From contig OX638324.1 in NCBI GenBank assembly GCA_951812825.1, positions 4,977 to 68,976 of the forward strand: DNA of 64,000 nucleotides. The letters run 5' to 3'. Source of the DNA: an uncultured Dehalococcoidia bacterium (GTDB lineage Bacteria > Chloroflexota > Dehalococcoidia > Lucifugimonadales > GCA-2712585). Position numbers and translations under genes: made by a program. The first letter of the stretch is position 1. Each line of letters opens with the position of its first letter. Below, piece after piece: positions 1 to 9,271 of this stretch. Below the pieces are notes generated by a model. It worked only from the letters and a program-made list of their open reading frames with translations. It made no database searches and had not been told where the DNA came from.

Positions 1-1
1 A

Positions 2-124
2 CCCTCCCAAAACGGCCCCGGCGCAGTATTCCTTGCCCTCCAGTCCGCCCAGACCATGACTGGCCAGTACGTCCACGTCGACGACTTCGGCAAGACCTGG
101 GGGCCGGGAACGGACTCAAACTAG
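2..124 (+). CDS. 3' end of probable short-chain dehydrogenase/reductase (partial, runs off window start)
   Basis: Frame 2 reads PSQNGPGAVFLALQSAQTMTGQYVHVDDFGKTWGPGTDSN*, resembling the SDR C-terminal AVFLAS..MTGQ motif; TAG at 122-124 just before the next gene. Confidence 0.5.
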   Translation, partial: PSQNGPGAVFLALQSAQTMTGQYVHVDDFGKTWGPGTDSN

Positions 125-127
125 ACC

Positions 128-640
128 TTGCGGGACGAAGCCGAAACCCTCTTCCAGAAGCTTCAGCGCACCGTGGGCCATGAGGAGACATTCACCGACG
201 ATAAGCCCATCGGACGCGCCGCTTTCCGAATGTACGCCGACGCTGTCGGCGACCCCAACCCCCTCTACACCAACCTCGACGCTGCCCGCAAAGCCGGTCT
301 GCCGGACGTGATGGCCCCACCAACTCTCCTCACAGACACCTTCCGCATATACCCCGACGGGCTTAACGAAAGCGGCCTCCCTTCTGCCCTTGAGCAGCAG
401 TCTGTCGGTACCCCCATCCGTGCTGGCAACAGCTACCGTTTCTTCCGACGAATTCACCCCTCCGACGTCATAGCCGCCACCCGCAAAGTCACCCGCGTCT
501 GGCAGAAGCAGGGACGCTCCGGCTCCCTCGCCTTCCAGGAGATCGAATTAAGCTATCGCAACCAGCACAGTGTGCTTGTCGCCGTCAACACCGAGGTGGT
601 CTGCTACCGCGAATCCGCTGAAGGCGGCGACGCATCATGA
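128..640 (+). CDS. MaoC/FAS1-like hotdog dehydratase, N-type subunit
   Basis: YADAVGDPNPLY and APPT motifs of MaoC_dehydrat_N; overlaps next ORF by 4 nt. Confidence 0.8.
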   Translation: MRDEAETLFQKLQRTVGHEETFTDDKPIGRAAFRMYADAVGDPNPLYTNLDAARKAGLPDVMAPPTLLTDTFRIYPDGLNESGLPSALEQQSVGTPIRAGNSYRFFRRIHPSDVIAATRKVTRVWQKQGRSGSLAFQEIELSYRNQHSVLVAVNTEVVCYRESAEGGDAS

Positions 641-1086
641 ACGTCGCAACCCGCTCCCTTCAAGATATTGCCGTCGGCGATTCTCTCCCGACCCTCGAGA
701 AGAAAATCTACCTCCCGAAAATGATGGCCTATGCCGCCGCTACTTGGGACTTCGCCCGCATCCACTACGACGCTGCCTACTCCCGAAGTCAGGGCTTACC
801 CGGCCCCGTCGTTGACGGACAGATGCTTGGCGCTTTCCTGGCCCAGATGGTCCAGCAGTGGGCCGGCCCTCGGAGCTTCCTCCAAAGCCTGAGCTTCCAG
901 AACCGCGGCATGGTCCACCCCGGCGACACCCTCACCTGCGGAGGACGAGTCGCAAACGTCCAACGTGATGTCGAAAACCTTCTGGTAGAGTGCGATCTCT
1001 GGCTCGATAACCAGAAGGGTGAAAGAGTCCTCGGCCCTGCCTCAGCCACCGTCAGCATCCCCTTCCAAGCCGAGGCCGAAGAATGA
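637..1086 (+). CDS. MaoC-family (R)-hydratase/dehydratase subunit
   Basis: YAAATWDFARIHYD hydratase-2 motif (D-x4-H), GPVVDGQM, PGDTL. Confidence 0.85.
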   Translation: MNVATRSLQDIAVGDSLPTLEKKIYLPKMMAYAAATWDFARIHYDAAYSRSQGLPGPVVDGQMLGAFLAQMVQQWAGPRSFLQSLSFQNRGMVHPGDTLTCGGRVANVQRDVENLLVECDLWLDNQKGERVLGPASATVSIPFQAEAEE

Positions 1087-2312
1087 CGGCAAAGCGCATC
1101 ATCAGACCCTCCAACTACCCCTGGGACCCTAACTACGACACCCAGCCCTATTCCCTTGCCGTGGAGCGCCACGGCCTTCTCTGCATCTCCGGCCTCACCG
1201 CCGAAACCTACTCGCCACAACGAGGCAGCTATATCGTCGAATCCACCAGCCTTGTCAAGCAGACCGAAGTTATCTTTGCGAAGATGGGGGCCATCCTGGA
1301 ATCGGCGGGCTACACCTTCGCCGACGTGGTCTACACCGTCGACTACGCCCTCGAACCCGTCATGCCCGAATACCGAGCCAGCGGCGCCGTTCGACGCAAC
1401 GCCTTCGGCGATTCGATGCCCGCCGCCGTTGGAATCCTCATCAACGGCATCCCCAACTCCGTGTCCCTAATGGCTGTCACCGCCGTAGCCATGCGCGGCG
1501 GTAGGAACAAGCGCGCTATCTTTCCCGAAGGCACTCCCACCTGGGAACGTTACCGCTCCCGCACCTTCTGGCCCGGCTTCTTCGTCGGCGACGACTGGTT
1601 CTGGCTCTCCGGCTCCACCGGACGTCGCTTCGACCCCGCCACCGGCCGCGAAGACTACCGAAACGGCATCGAATCCCAGGCCCAGGACATCTGGAGCAGC
1701 GCCCTCGGCCAGGTAATGCACGATGCCGGGGTAGACGCCGACCGAATCGTCAAAATCTTCGATTATGTCCACCCTGCAGGCGTAAACGGCTACCCCAACG
1801 CCGCACGAAATCGCGGCGGCCTCAGTGCCGGCACTGCTGCAACGACAAGCATGGTCATCTCCCGCCTCCTCCACCGTACCGCCCTGCTGGAGACCGACGC
1901 CCTCTGCTATCTCGGCAACGACAGAGAAATCATCCACGTCCCCGGCTGGCCGCGAGAAGAGACCACGTCCCCCGCCACCGTCCGCTGCGGCAAGTTCCTT
2001 TTCTGCTCTGGCCTTGGCCCCACCAATCTCGCCACCGGCCAGCTCGCATCCCCCGAAGACTTCAACGCCCAAATTTCCCAGACCTACGACAACCTACAAC
2101 AGGTCCTCGCCGCCGCCGGCGCATCCCCTGCCGACGTGGTCCGGTCCCTCGAGTTCGTCAACCCCCAAAACGCCCACCAATACCCCTCTATCGACGACGC
2201 CCGTCGTGACTTTTACGGCGAAGACCTACCCTCAGCCACCACCATCACCGCCAACCAACTCATGCCCTCCGACGCCAACTTTGGCCTCGAGGCGTGGGCC
2301 GTCCTGGAGTAA
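1083..2312 (+). CDS. Rid (YjgF/YER057c/UK114) family protein with three tandem domains
   Basis: Three repeats of the Rid fold (LCISG..QTEVIFAKMGAILESAG..DVV; WLSGS..QAQDI..DRIVK; FCSG..QISQTYDNLQQVLAAAG..DVV..EAWAV). Confidence 0.75.
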   Translation: MTAKRIIRPSNYPWDPNYDTQPYSLAVERHGLLCISGLTAETYSPQRGSYIVESTSLVKQTEVIFAKMGAILESAGYTFADVVYTVDYALEPVMPEYRASGAVRRNAFGDSMPAAVGILINGIPNSVSLMAVTAVAMRGGRNKRAIFPEGTPTWERYRSRTFWPGFFVGDDWFWLSGSTGRRFDPATGREDYRNGIESQAQDIWSSALGQVMHDAGVDADRIVKIFDYVHPAGVNGYPNAARNRGGLSAGTAATTSMVISRLLHRTALLETDALCYLGNDREIIHVPGWPREETTSPATVRCGKFLFCSGLGPTNLATGQLASPEDFNAQISQTYDNLQQVLAAAGASPADVVRSLEFVNPQNAHQYPSIDDARRDFYGEDLPSATTITANQLMPSDANFGLEAWAVLE

Positions 2313-2317
2313 CGAAT

Positions 2318-3475
2318 ATGCTCGACTACTACAACATATTGGACCTCTGCACCCCCGAAGAACGGCTCGTCCAACGAACCGCCCGCGACTTCCTGGAAGC
2401 CAACGCCATGCCCCACGCCGGTCGTTGGTGGGAAGAGGAGACTTTCCCCAAGGAGCTAGGGCCCGAGCTGGGCCGCATGGGATACCTGGGCGCCAACCTT
2501 CCCGCCGAGTACGGCGCCGACGCCGTCTCCAACGCTGCCTACGGCCTCATCATGTACGAGCTGGAGAGAGTGGACTCCGGCCTTCGCAGCTTCGCCAGCG
2601 TTCAGGGCGCACTGGTCATGTACCCCATCCACACCTACGGCTCCGACGAGCAGAAGCAGCGCTACCTTCCCCCCATGGCCCGCGGCGAACTCATCGGGTG
2701 CTTCGGCCTCACCGAGCACGAGGGCGGCTCCGACCCGGGCGCCATGGCCACCCGCGCCCACGCCGACGGCGGCGACTACGTGCTCACCGGCGCGAAAATG
2801 TGGATCTCCAACGGCAATATGGCCCACGTCGCTCTCATCTGGGCGAAGGACGACGAAGGCGCCGTCCGCGGTTTCCTCGTCCCCACCGACAGCCCGGGCT
2901 TCCAGGCCAACCTCATCAAGCGCAAGATGAGCCTCCGCCTCTCCGTCACTAGCGAACTCGTCCTTAACGACGTTCGAGTGGACCGCTCCCAGATGCTGCC
3001 TAAGGTCAACAGCCTCCGCGGCCCCCTCTCCTGCCTCACCCAGGCCCGCTACGGCATCGCCTGGGGCGCCCTCGGCTCCCTTGAAGCCGTCTACTCAGAG
3101 GCATTGGCCTTTGCACAGACCCGCCGGACATTCGGCGCGCCCATAGCATCACGGCAACTTGTACAAGCCAAACTCGTCGACATGCTGGCCCGCCACACCC
3201 AGGGCCTAGCCATAGCCTGGCGTCTGGCTTCACTGAAAGACCGGGGCGAAATGTCTTACACCCACGTATCCCTCGCCAAGCGACAAAACGTCCGCGCCGC
3301 CCTCAAATCCTCCCGCGACGCCCGCGAAATCCTCGGCGCAAGCGGCATCACTCTGGAGAACCACTCAATCCGACACATGCTCAACCTTGAAACAGTTGAC
3401 ACCTACGAAGGCACCTACGACATCCACTCTCTGGCCCTTGGCCGCGACATCACCGGCCACAGCGCATTCGCCTAA
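2318..3475 (+). CDS. acyl-CoA dehydrogenase (glutaryl-CoA dehydrogenase-like)
   Basis: CFGLTEHEGGSD, KMWISNG, NLETVDTYEGTYDIH (catalytic Glu as in GCDH); start moved to ATG 2318. Confidence 0.9.
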   Translation: MLDYYNILDLCTPEERLVQRTARDFLEANAMPHAGRWWEEETFPKELGPELGRMGYLGANLPAEYGADAVSNAAYGLIMYELERVDSGLRSFASVQGALVMYPIHTYGSDEQKQRYLPPMARGELIGCFGLTEHEGGSDPGAMATRAHADGGDYVLTGAKMWISNGNMAHVALIWAKDDEGAVRGFLVPTDSPGFQANLIKRKMSLRLSVTSELVLNDVRVDRSQMLPKVNSLRGPLSCLTQARYGIAWGALGSLEAVYSEALAFAQTRRTFGAPIASRQLVQAKLVDMLARHTQGLAIAWRLASLKDRGEMSYTHVSLAKRQNVRAALKSSRDAREILGASGITLENHSIRHMLNLETVDTYEGTYDIHSLALGRDITGHSAFA

Positions 3476-3595
3476 CCGTTGCCACACCCCTCCATACCGC
3501 ACCGTCTCGTTCAAGGCGTCGCCGATCCGAAAATATGATATACTTTCTCCGAATGCTAATCTGACAAATGATCCCCGGCAGCAGGGCGGGGCACT

Positions 3596-3979
3596 ATGCT
3601 GGAAACCAAACAAGTGGATTTACTTTTTGCCGACGCAAGAACCCTGTACGACGACGCTCTCGAAATGCTGGATCAGGGCCGCCTGCGCAACGCTGCGGAG
3701 AAGGCCTGGTGCGCCACCAAACGCGCCACTGACGCTCTCATACTTGCCCGCACCAGTACGGAACCACGAACCTCCGGCCAGACTGCGCGCATGCTCCAGC
3801 AACTCCGTAGGCAGGATCCTTCCCTGGAACAGCTGAGATTGCAATATGGAGCTCGCCAATACTTTCTCCACGACAGGTGTTTCTACGACGGAATCCTGGA
3901 GCCCGAAGATGCAATCATCGCCGACGTGCGGGAAACCATCGATTACATCCGCACCGCCGAGACGATGGCGACTCGCTAG
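3596..3979 (+). CDS. PaREP1/HEPN-like small protein
   Basis: G.LRNAAEKAWCA motif typical of PaREP1; C-terminal RQYFLH..FY; own extended -10 (TGATATACT about 3536). Confidence 0.65.
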   Translation: MLETKQVDLLFADARTLYDDALEMLDQGRLRNAAEKAWCATKRATDALILARTSTEPRTSGQTARMLQQLRRQDPSLEQLRLQYGARQYFLHDRCFYDGILEPEDAIIADVRETIDYIRTAETMATR

Positions 3980-6444
3980 CCCCCCTCCGACGGATACTCC
4001 TCCCCAATAACCCCATCCGCCCGCAGCGCCACAATCTCCCCCGCGCTCAACCCCAACATCTCCCCGTACACGTAATCGTTGTGCTCCCCCAGGCCGTTGG
4101 GCGGACGCGGCGTACGCTGCTTCACCCCAGTCAGTCGCCACAGGAACCCCGGATAGCGATGCGTCCCCGCAGCGGAATGCTCCATCTCCAAAAAGAACCC
4201 CCGCTCACCCAGATGCGCGTCCCGGAACAGGTCCTCGTCGTCCAAAACCGCCGACGCAGGGATTCCCACCGTCTGCAATAACCTCATAGCCTCCATCTTG
4301 TCCTGCTGTCTGGTCCACCCCTCGATGGCCTCGTCCAACGCACCCCGGTTTGTCCGACGATGCTCCTCGTCCGCGAACCTCCCATCCCGCAGCCACTCCT
4401 CGTTCCCTGTCACGACGCAAAGGGCTTGCCACTCCTCCTCCAATGTCACGTTGATGACCAGCCACTGGTCATCGCCCCGGCACCGGTAACACCCGTAGGG
4501 CGCATGACTGGGATGGCGATTGTCCCACTTCACAGGTTTCCGCCCGTTCATCGCAAAGTCCATTAATGGCCGGCCCAGGTGGTGCAGAAACGTCTCCACC
4601 TGCGACATATCAATCCACTGCCCACAGCCCGTCCGCTCCCGGTAGTGAAGGGCGGCGAGTATGGCGTAAACAGCCGTCACCGCAGCCGTGGCGTCCGTGT
4701 GCTGTACCAGCGGCGTCGTCGAATCGTCCGTGTCGGCGTATCCCCGCATGGCGTGATGCCCTGTGAACCCGTCCAGCGCGCTCCCCAGGGCGGCGTACCC
4801 CTGGTAAGGCCCCTCCTCGCCCCAGCCCGACATCCCCAGCATCACGATTTTAGGATTCATCTTGACGATGGATTCATAGTCCACCCCCAGCCGCGACGCC
4901 GTGCCCGCTGTGAACGACGTTAGAACGGCGTCCGCCTTGCCCATGAGCCTATCGAAGAGCGCCATTCCCTGTGCGTCCTTCAGGTTCAGCGTAATCCCCA
5001 GCTTGTTCCGGTTGGCCATGTTGTGCAAGGCCGACCTGTCCCACGGACGCGGTGAGTCCGGGTCATTCCCGCTATAACCGATGGCCTGCCCCGTCAGACG
5101 CGTCAGTGATGGACGCGGAAATGACTCCAGCTTGATGACCGTAGCCCCCAGATCGCCTAGCATCGAAGCAGTCATGGGCCCTGCCCACACTTCCGTCATG
5201 TCCACCACCAGGAATCCCTCCAACGGCGGCATAACGCTTTCTTCCTGAATGTCGTCCGTACCCTCCGCAAGCCCGGCATCCTTCGCCACCACATCTCCCG
5301 CACCCCTCAGCACCTCCTGCGTATGCTCGCCTAACGTTGGTGCCTTAAGCCCAGTCAGCCACGGGGTTTCGCTCATCTTAACCGGCGCCCCCAATTCCGG
5401 CAGCTCTCCCACGCCCCGATGCTCCATCCTGCTGAAGTATCCCCGCGCCTCCAGCTGCGGGTCCTCCAACAGCTCCTCGAAGCTCAACACCGGCGCGCAC
5501 ATCACTTTGTGCGCCTGGCAGAGCGCAAACACCTCTCGCTTTGTGTGCTGCATCAACCACTCGATGAACAAGGCGTCAAACTCTTCCGCGTTCCTGCTCC
5601 GCGCCTCCGATTCCGCAAACCGGGGGTCTAGAGCCACATCCGGCATCCCCATCGCCTCGCACAGCCGCCTGAAATACAGGTCGTAGCCCACCCCCATCAC
5701 CACGTAACCGTCCTGGCAAGGATACGCCCCCTGGGGAATGCCCCCCGGCCACCTCTCCCTGGTAGTCTTCACCCCTGTGTATTCATAGAAGAGGCACCGG
5801 CTGTCCACGTTTCCAATCAACGCCTCCTGGGCTGAAACGTCCACCTGCTGACCTACTCCCTGCAGCCTGCTCACAAGCAGCCCGCCCAGAGTGGCCGCCG
5901 CCGCGGTGGCCCCTACCTGGTACCATACCACGTCGGGCGCGTAGGGAAGCGGCGCCCTCTCCGGCAGCCCGTGCACATACATCCGTCCGCTCATGGCGAA
6001 CACGCCGAAGTCCGTCGCCCTGTAATCCCGATACGGCCCCGTCTGCCCAAAAGGCGTAATCGACGTCATCACCAGCGAAGGATTCGTCCCCTTTAACACG
6101 TCTAACCCCAACCCCATGCTAGCCATGAACCCGGGCGGAAACGTCTCGATGATGACGTCCGCTCTGGCTGCCAACCGCCTCAGAGTCTCCCGCCCATCTT
6201 CGTGTTCGAGGTCAAGCTCAATGCTTCTCTTCCCTGCATTCAGATGCAGAAACAGCCCACTCTTCTCGGGATTAGGAATGTTCTCTGGAAAAGGGCCCAC
6301 CCTCCGAGCCCAGTCACCGATACCCGACGGCTCCACCTTGATGACGTCCGCGCCGAATCCCGCCACCAGCCGCCCGCAGTAGGCCCCCGCGATATTCTCG
6401 CTCAGGTCAAGGACCGTTACGTCTGAAAGGGCTGGCTCTGACAT
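3976..6444 (-). CDS. class III CoA-transferase (CaiB/BaiF), two-domain fusion
   Basis: 822 aa with two CaiB units (VLDLS..GAYCGRL..GADVIKVE..N.GKRS; VVDMT..AGP...LGDLGATVIKLE..NRNKLG). Confidence 0.9.
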   Translation of the reverse strand: MSEPALSDVTVLDLSENIAGAYCGRLVAGFGADVIKVEPSGIGDWARRVGPFPENIPNPEKSGLFLHLNAGKRSIELDLEHEDGRETLRRLAARADVIIETFPPGFMASMGLGLDVLKGTNPSLVMTSITPFGQTGPYRDYRATDFGVFAMSGRMYVHGLPERAPLPYAPDVVWYQVGATAAAATLGGLLVSRLQGVGQQVDVSAQEALIGNVDSRCLFYEYTGVKTTRERWPGGIPQGAYPCQDGYVVMGVGYDLYFRRLCEAMGMPDVALDPRFAESEARSRNAEEFDALFIEWLMQHTKREVFALCQAHKVMCAPVLSFEELLEDPQLEARGYFSRMEHRGVGELPELGAPVKMSETPWLTGLKAPTLGEHTQEVLRGAGDVVAKDAGLAEGTDDIQEESVMPPLEGFLVVDMTEVWAGPMTASMLGDLGATVIKLESFPRPSLTRLTGQAIGYSGNDPDSPRPWDRSALHNMANRNKLGITLNLKDAQGMALFDRLMGKADAVLTSFTAGTASRLGVDYESIVKMNPKIVMLGMSGWGEEGPYQGYAALGSALDGFTGHHAMRGYADTDDSTTPLVQHTDATAAVTAVYAILAALHYRERTGCGQWIDMSQVETFLHHLGRPLMDFAMNGRKPVKWDNRHPSHAPYGCYRCRGDDQWLVINVTLEEEWQALCVVTGNEEWLRDGRFADEEHRRTNRGALDEAIEGWTRQQDKMEAMRLLQTVGIPASAVLDDEDLFRDAHLGERGFFLEMEHSAAGTHRYPGFLWRLTGVKQRTPRPPNGLGEHNDYVYGEMLGLSAGEIVALRADGVIGEEYPSEGG

Positions 6445-6468
6445 GAAGGAGTATCCCGACCGGCAGGG

Positions 6469-7575
6469 CTAAAGCCCCATGGAGCCAGCGATGCGGTCAA
6501 TCTGACCCAACGTCCCGCCGCTTCCCGCCTCCGACAGCTTGTTGCGTGCGCTGTACAGCTGCATGTCGTGCTCAACCGTATATGAAATTCCGGCGTATAC
6601 ACCGTGCCCCACCACTGTCGACATCCGGCTCATCTCGTCCGCCGACGCCTTCGCCAACGCAATCTCCTCAGCGCAGTTGCGTCCCTCCGACATGCTGCAG
6701 GCAGCGCGATACGTCAGAAGTTCGGCAGCATCGACGGCAACCCTCAAGTCCGCAAGCTGGTGCTGGATCGCCTGAAACGCCCCGATGGGCCGACCGAACT
6801 GCACCCGGCTCTTGGCGTAGTCAATGACCATCTCCAGAATCTTTCGTCCTCGCCCCACCATCTCCCCACACTGCACCAGCGTCGCCCATGCAAGCGCTTC
6901 ACCAAGAGCATCCCCTCCCTCCCCAACTCCACCCAGAATTCCATCAACGCCAATCTCAACGTCGTTGAACTCCATCCTGGCCTGCGGATAACCGGCGAGG
7001 CTCGCATGCGGCTCAATCGAAACTCCGTCGGCATTCGGCGAAACCAGACACAGCGAGACTTCCCCATCGTCCAGCCCCCCGGCAGCGCAAATCAGCATGT
7101 CCGCCGCAGCCGCAAAGGGCACGAAGGTCTTCACCCCGTTGAGACGATAACCACTGCCTTCTTTGACGACCTTGGCGGAACACCCAACGCCTTCTTCTCC
7201 TAACGCCGGGCTCATCAGCAGTTCCCCCCGCGCAAGCCGCGGCAGCAACGTCGCACGCTGGGACAAGCTCCCCGCCAGTGCCACCAGCCTCCCGCACGTC
7301 ACCACGGAAGTCAGGTACGGCGAAGGCAGCAACGCCCGCCCCATCTCCTCCGACAGCACAAGCTGGTCTACAGCATCCCCACCCTCACCTCCATACTCAG
7401 CCGGCAGCGACAGTCCCAGCCACCCTAACTCCGCCATCTGCGCCCACAACTCCGGCGAATATCCCTCCCCCGAAGCCTCCACCTCCCGCACCAGCGTGGT
7501 TGGACAGTTGGCCTCAAGGAATCCCCGCGCCGTCCGACGCAGCATCTCCTGTGCTTGATTAAGACCCAGGTCCAC
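6469..7575 (-). CDS. acyl-CoA dehydrogenase family protein (probable beta subunit of heteromeric ACAD)
   Basis: LGWLGL..PAEYGG, EEMGRALLPSPY, RVQFGRPIGAFQAIQH; GTG start at 7575, 4 nt after upstream stop. Confidence 0.85.
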   Translation of the reverse strand: MDLGLNQAQEMLRRTARGFLEANCPTTLVREVEASGEGYSPELWAQMAELGWLGLSLPAEYGGEGGDAVDQLVLSEEMGRALLPSPYLTSVVTCGRLVALAGSLSQRATLLPRLARGELLMSPALGEEGVGCSAKVVKEGSGYRLNGVKTFVPFAAAADMLICAAGGLDDGEVSLCLVSPNADGVSIEPHASLAGYPQARMEFNDVEIGVDGILGGVGEGGDALGEALAWATLVQCGEMVGRGRKILEMVIDYAKSRVQFGRPIGAFQAIQHQLADLRVAVDAAELLTYRAACSMSEGRNCAEEIALAKASADEMSRMSTVVGHGVYAGISYTVEHDMQLYSARNKLSEAGSGGTLGQIDRIAGSMGL

Positions 7576-7579
7576 TCTT

Positions 7580-8746
7580 CTACCTGGGAAGCCCCAGCCC
7601 CCTCTGCGCAATGATGTTGCGGTGAATCTCCATCGTCCCTGCTCCGTGCATGTGCATACTCTCCCGGCTCAGCCCCTCAATTGCCCCCTGAATCGGCGCA
7701 GTGTCGCACTCCGGCGTCAGCGTCCCAAACTTGCCTAGAATCTCCATCGCCTCCTGGGCGAAGTAGAGACGCTGCTTCGTGCCGTACAGGAATGCTATCG
7801 ACGCCTCAGCATTGGGCACCTCCCCGCGGCTCTGCATCCACGCCACCTTCCAGCACAGCGCCGCCCACCCCTCCAGCCCAACCTTCACCTTCGCCAGCTT
7901 GTGCCTCACCAGCGGGTCCTTTCCAAACACACCTCCCCTGTACGGCGCAGACTTGGAGAAACTCAATAAATCGTCGAAGGTCCGACGGACCCGCGCGTAC
8001 CGCTCCAGCCCCGCCCGCTCGTAGTCCAACGTCGTCATTGCGTGATACCAGCCCTGGTTCTCCTGCCCCACCAGGCACGTTCGCGGCACCCGCACGTTGT
8101 CGAAGAATGTCTGCGCCGCAACTTCCCCGTTGATATACGGCAGCGGACGCGTCGAAATGCCGGGCGTGTCCATCTCCACGATAAACAGGCTGATGCCCCG
8201 GTGCTTCGGCGCGTCCGGGTCCGTCCTCGCCAACAGATAGATGAAGTCGGCGTGGGCGTAGTAACTGGTGAACATCTTGGAACCGTTCAGCACGTATTGG
8301 TCCCCATCCGCCTCGGCGCGCATCTGCAGCGACGCCAGGTCCGACCCCGCATCCGGCTCCGTGAAACCCTGGCAGTATTCAGCCTCGCCCCGAGCGATGG
8401 GTGGCAGGTAGCGGGCCTTCTGTTCCGGCGTCCCGAATTTGATAATCGCCGGGCCTGCAAAGTTGATCCCCGTTATCCCCACCCGCTGCACCCTGTGGTA
8501 GCCGATCTGCTCGTCCAGAATAGACTGCTCCAGGAACGTCTTCCCGCCCCCGCCGTACTCCTCCGGCCAGCCAACAGTCAGCCATCGCCGCTCCGCCAGC
8601 CGACGGAACAGATCCCTGCTGAACCAGTATTTCTCCTCCGAAAACGTGCCGAAGACGGTCTCGTATTCGGGACTCATCTCCTCCCGAAGGAATGCGCAGA
8701 CTTCCTGACGAAACTGCTGCTGTTCTTGACTGAAGGTAAAGCGCAT
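7580..8746 (-). CDS. acyl-CoA dehydrogenase family protein (probable alpha subunit)
   Basis: CQGFTEPDAGSDLASL, KHRGISLF, TTLDYER, GAGTMEIHRNIIAQRGLGLPR (FadE26/29-type C-terminus). Confidence 0.9.
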   Translation of the reverse strand: MRFTFSQEQQQFRQEVCAFLREEMSPEYETVFGTFSEEKYWFSRDLFRRLAERRWLTVGWPEEYGGGGKTFLEQSILDEQIGYHRVQRVGITGINFAGPAIIKFGTPEQKARYLPPIARGEAEYCQGFTEPDAGSDLASLQMRAEADGDQYVLNGSKMFTSYYAHADFIYLLARTDPDAPKHRGISLFIVEMDTPGISTRPLPYINGEVAAQTFFDNVRVPRTCLVGQENQGWYHAMTTLDYERAGLERYARVRRTFDDLLSFSKSAPYRGGVFGKDPLVRHKLAKVKVGLEGWAALCWKVAWMQSRGEVPNAEASIAFLYGTKQRLYFAQEAMEILGKFGTLTPECDTAPIQGAIEGLSRESMHMHGAGTMEIHRNIIAQRGLGLPR

Positions 8747-8836
8747 TTTTCACTGCCAACGGCGCGGGTGATTATAGCGAAGGTTCGCCCAAACCACCAA
8801 TTACGCCCCTTAAATAAACCCTGCCACTCCCGCAAA

Positions 8837-8873
8837 GAGTCTGCCCTGAGCCTGTCGAAGGGATGGGGGTGAA
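8837..8873 (+). repeat. composite REP-like element (GAGTCTGCCCTGAGCCTGTCGAAGG + GATGGGGGTG)
   Basis: Near-identical to 43426-43462; intergenic. Confidence 0.6.
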
Positions 8874-8894
8874 GACCCCACCACCCTCGACCAC

Positions 8895-9248
8895 CTAGTC
8901 GATCCGTTCCGTCAGAATATGCCGCCTATTCCGCGTATAGGGACGCACCTGCTCCGGCCACCGACCCAACTCCACCGCCTCTCCCCACGCATCGGAGAGA
9001 AGCACCTCCGGGCTCTCCACCTCGTACAGCGCGTGATAGCTCGGCTCCTCCTCGAACCGCATCTCCTTCCTCTCCCCACCAATGAGCATCGTCAATTCCC
9101 GCATCTTGTAGCGGGCCACAGAAACCACCCCGGGCACCGTCATAAGATTCGGCACGTGCTCCTTGTCATACACCTCGTTGAACAGGTCCTCCTGCTCGGA
9201 CTCCACGTCCATGCTTGCAATGAACAGATACTTCGATTTCTTGGCCAT
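8895..9248 (-). CDS. EthD/DUF4286-like dimeric alpha-beta barrel protein
   Basis: MDV..E.EDLFNEVYD.EHVP.L..VPGV.S..RY pattern; start ATG 9248 with GAGAGG RBS. Confidence 0.7.
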   Translation of the reverse strand: MAKKSKYLFIASMDVESEQEDLFNEVYDKEHVPNLMTVPGVVSVARYKMRELTMLIGGERKEMRFEEEPSYHALYEVESPEVLLSDAWGEAVELGRWPEQVRPYTRNRRHILTERID

Positions 9249-9271
9249 TGTTCCTCTCCTTTTACTCAACT

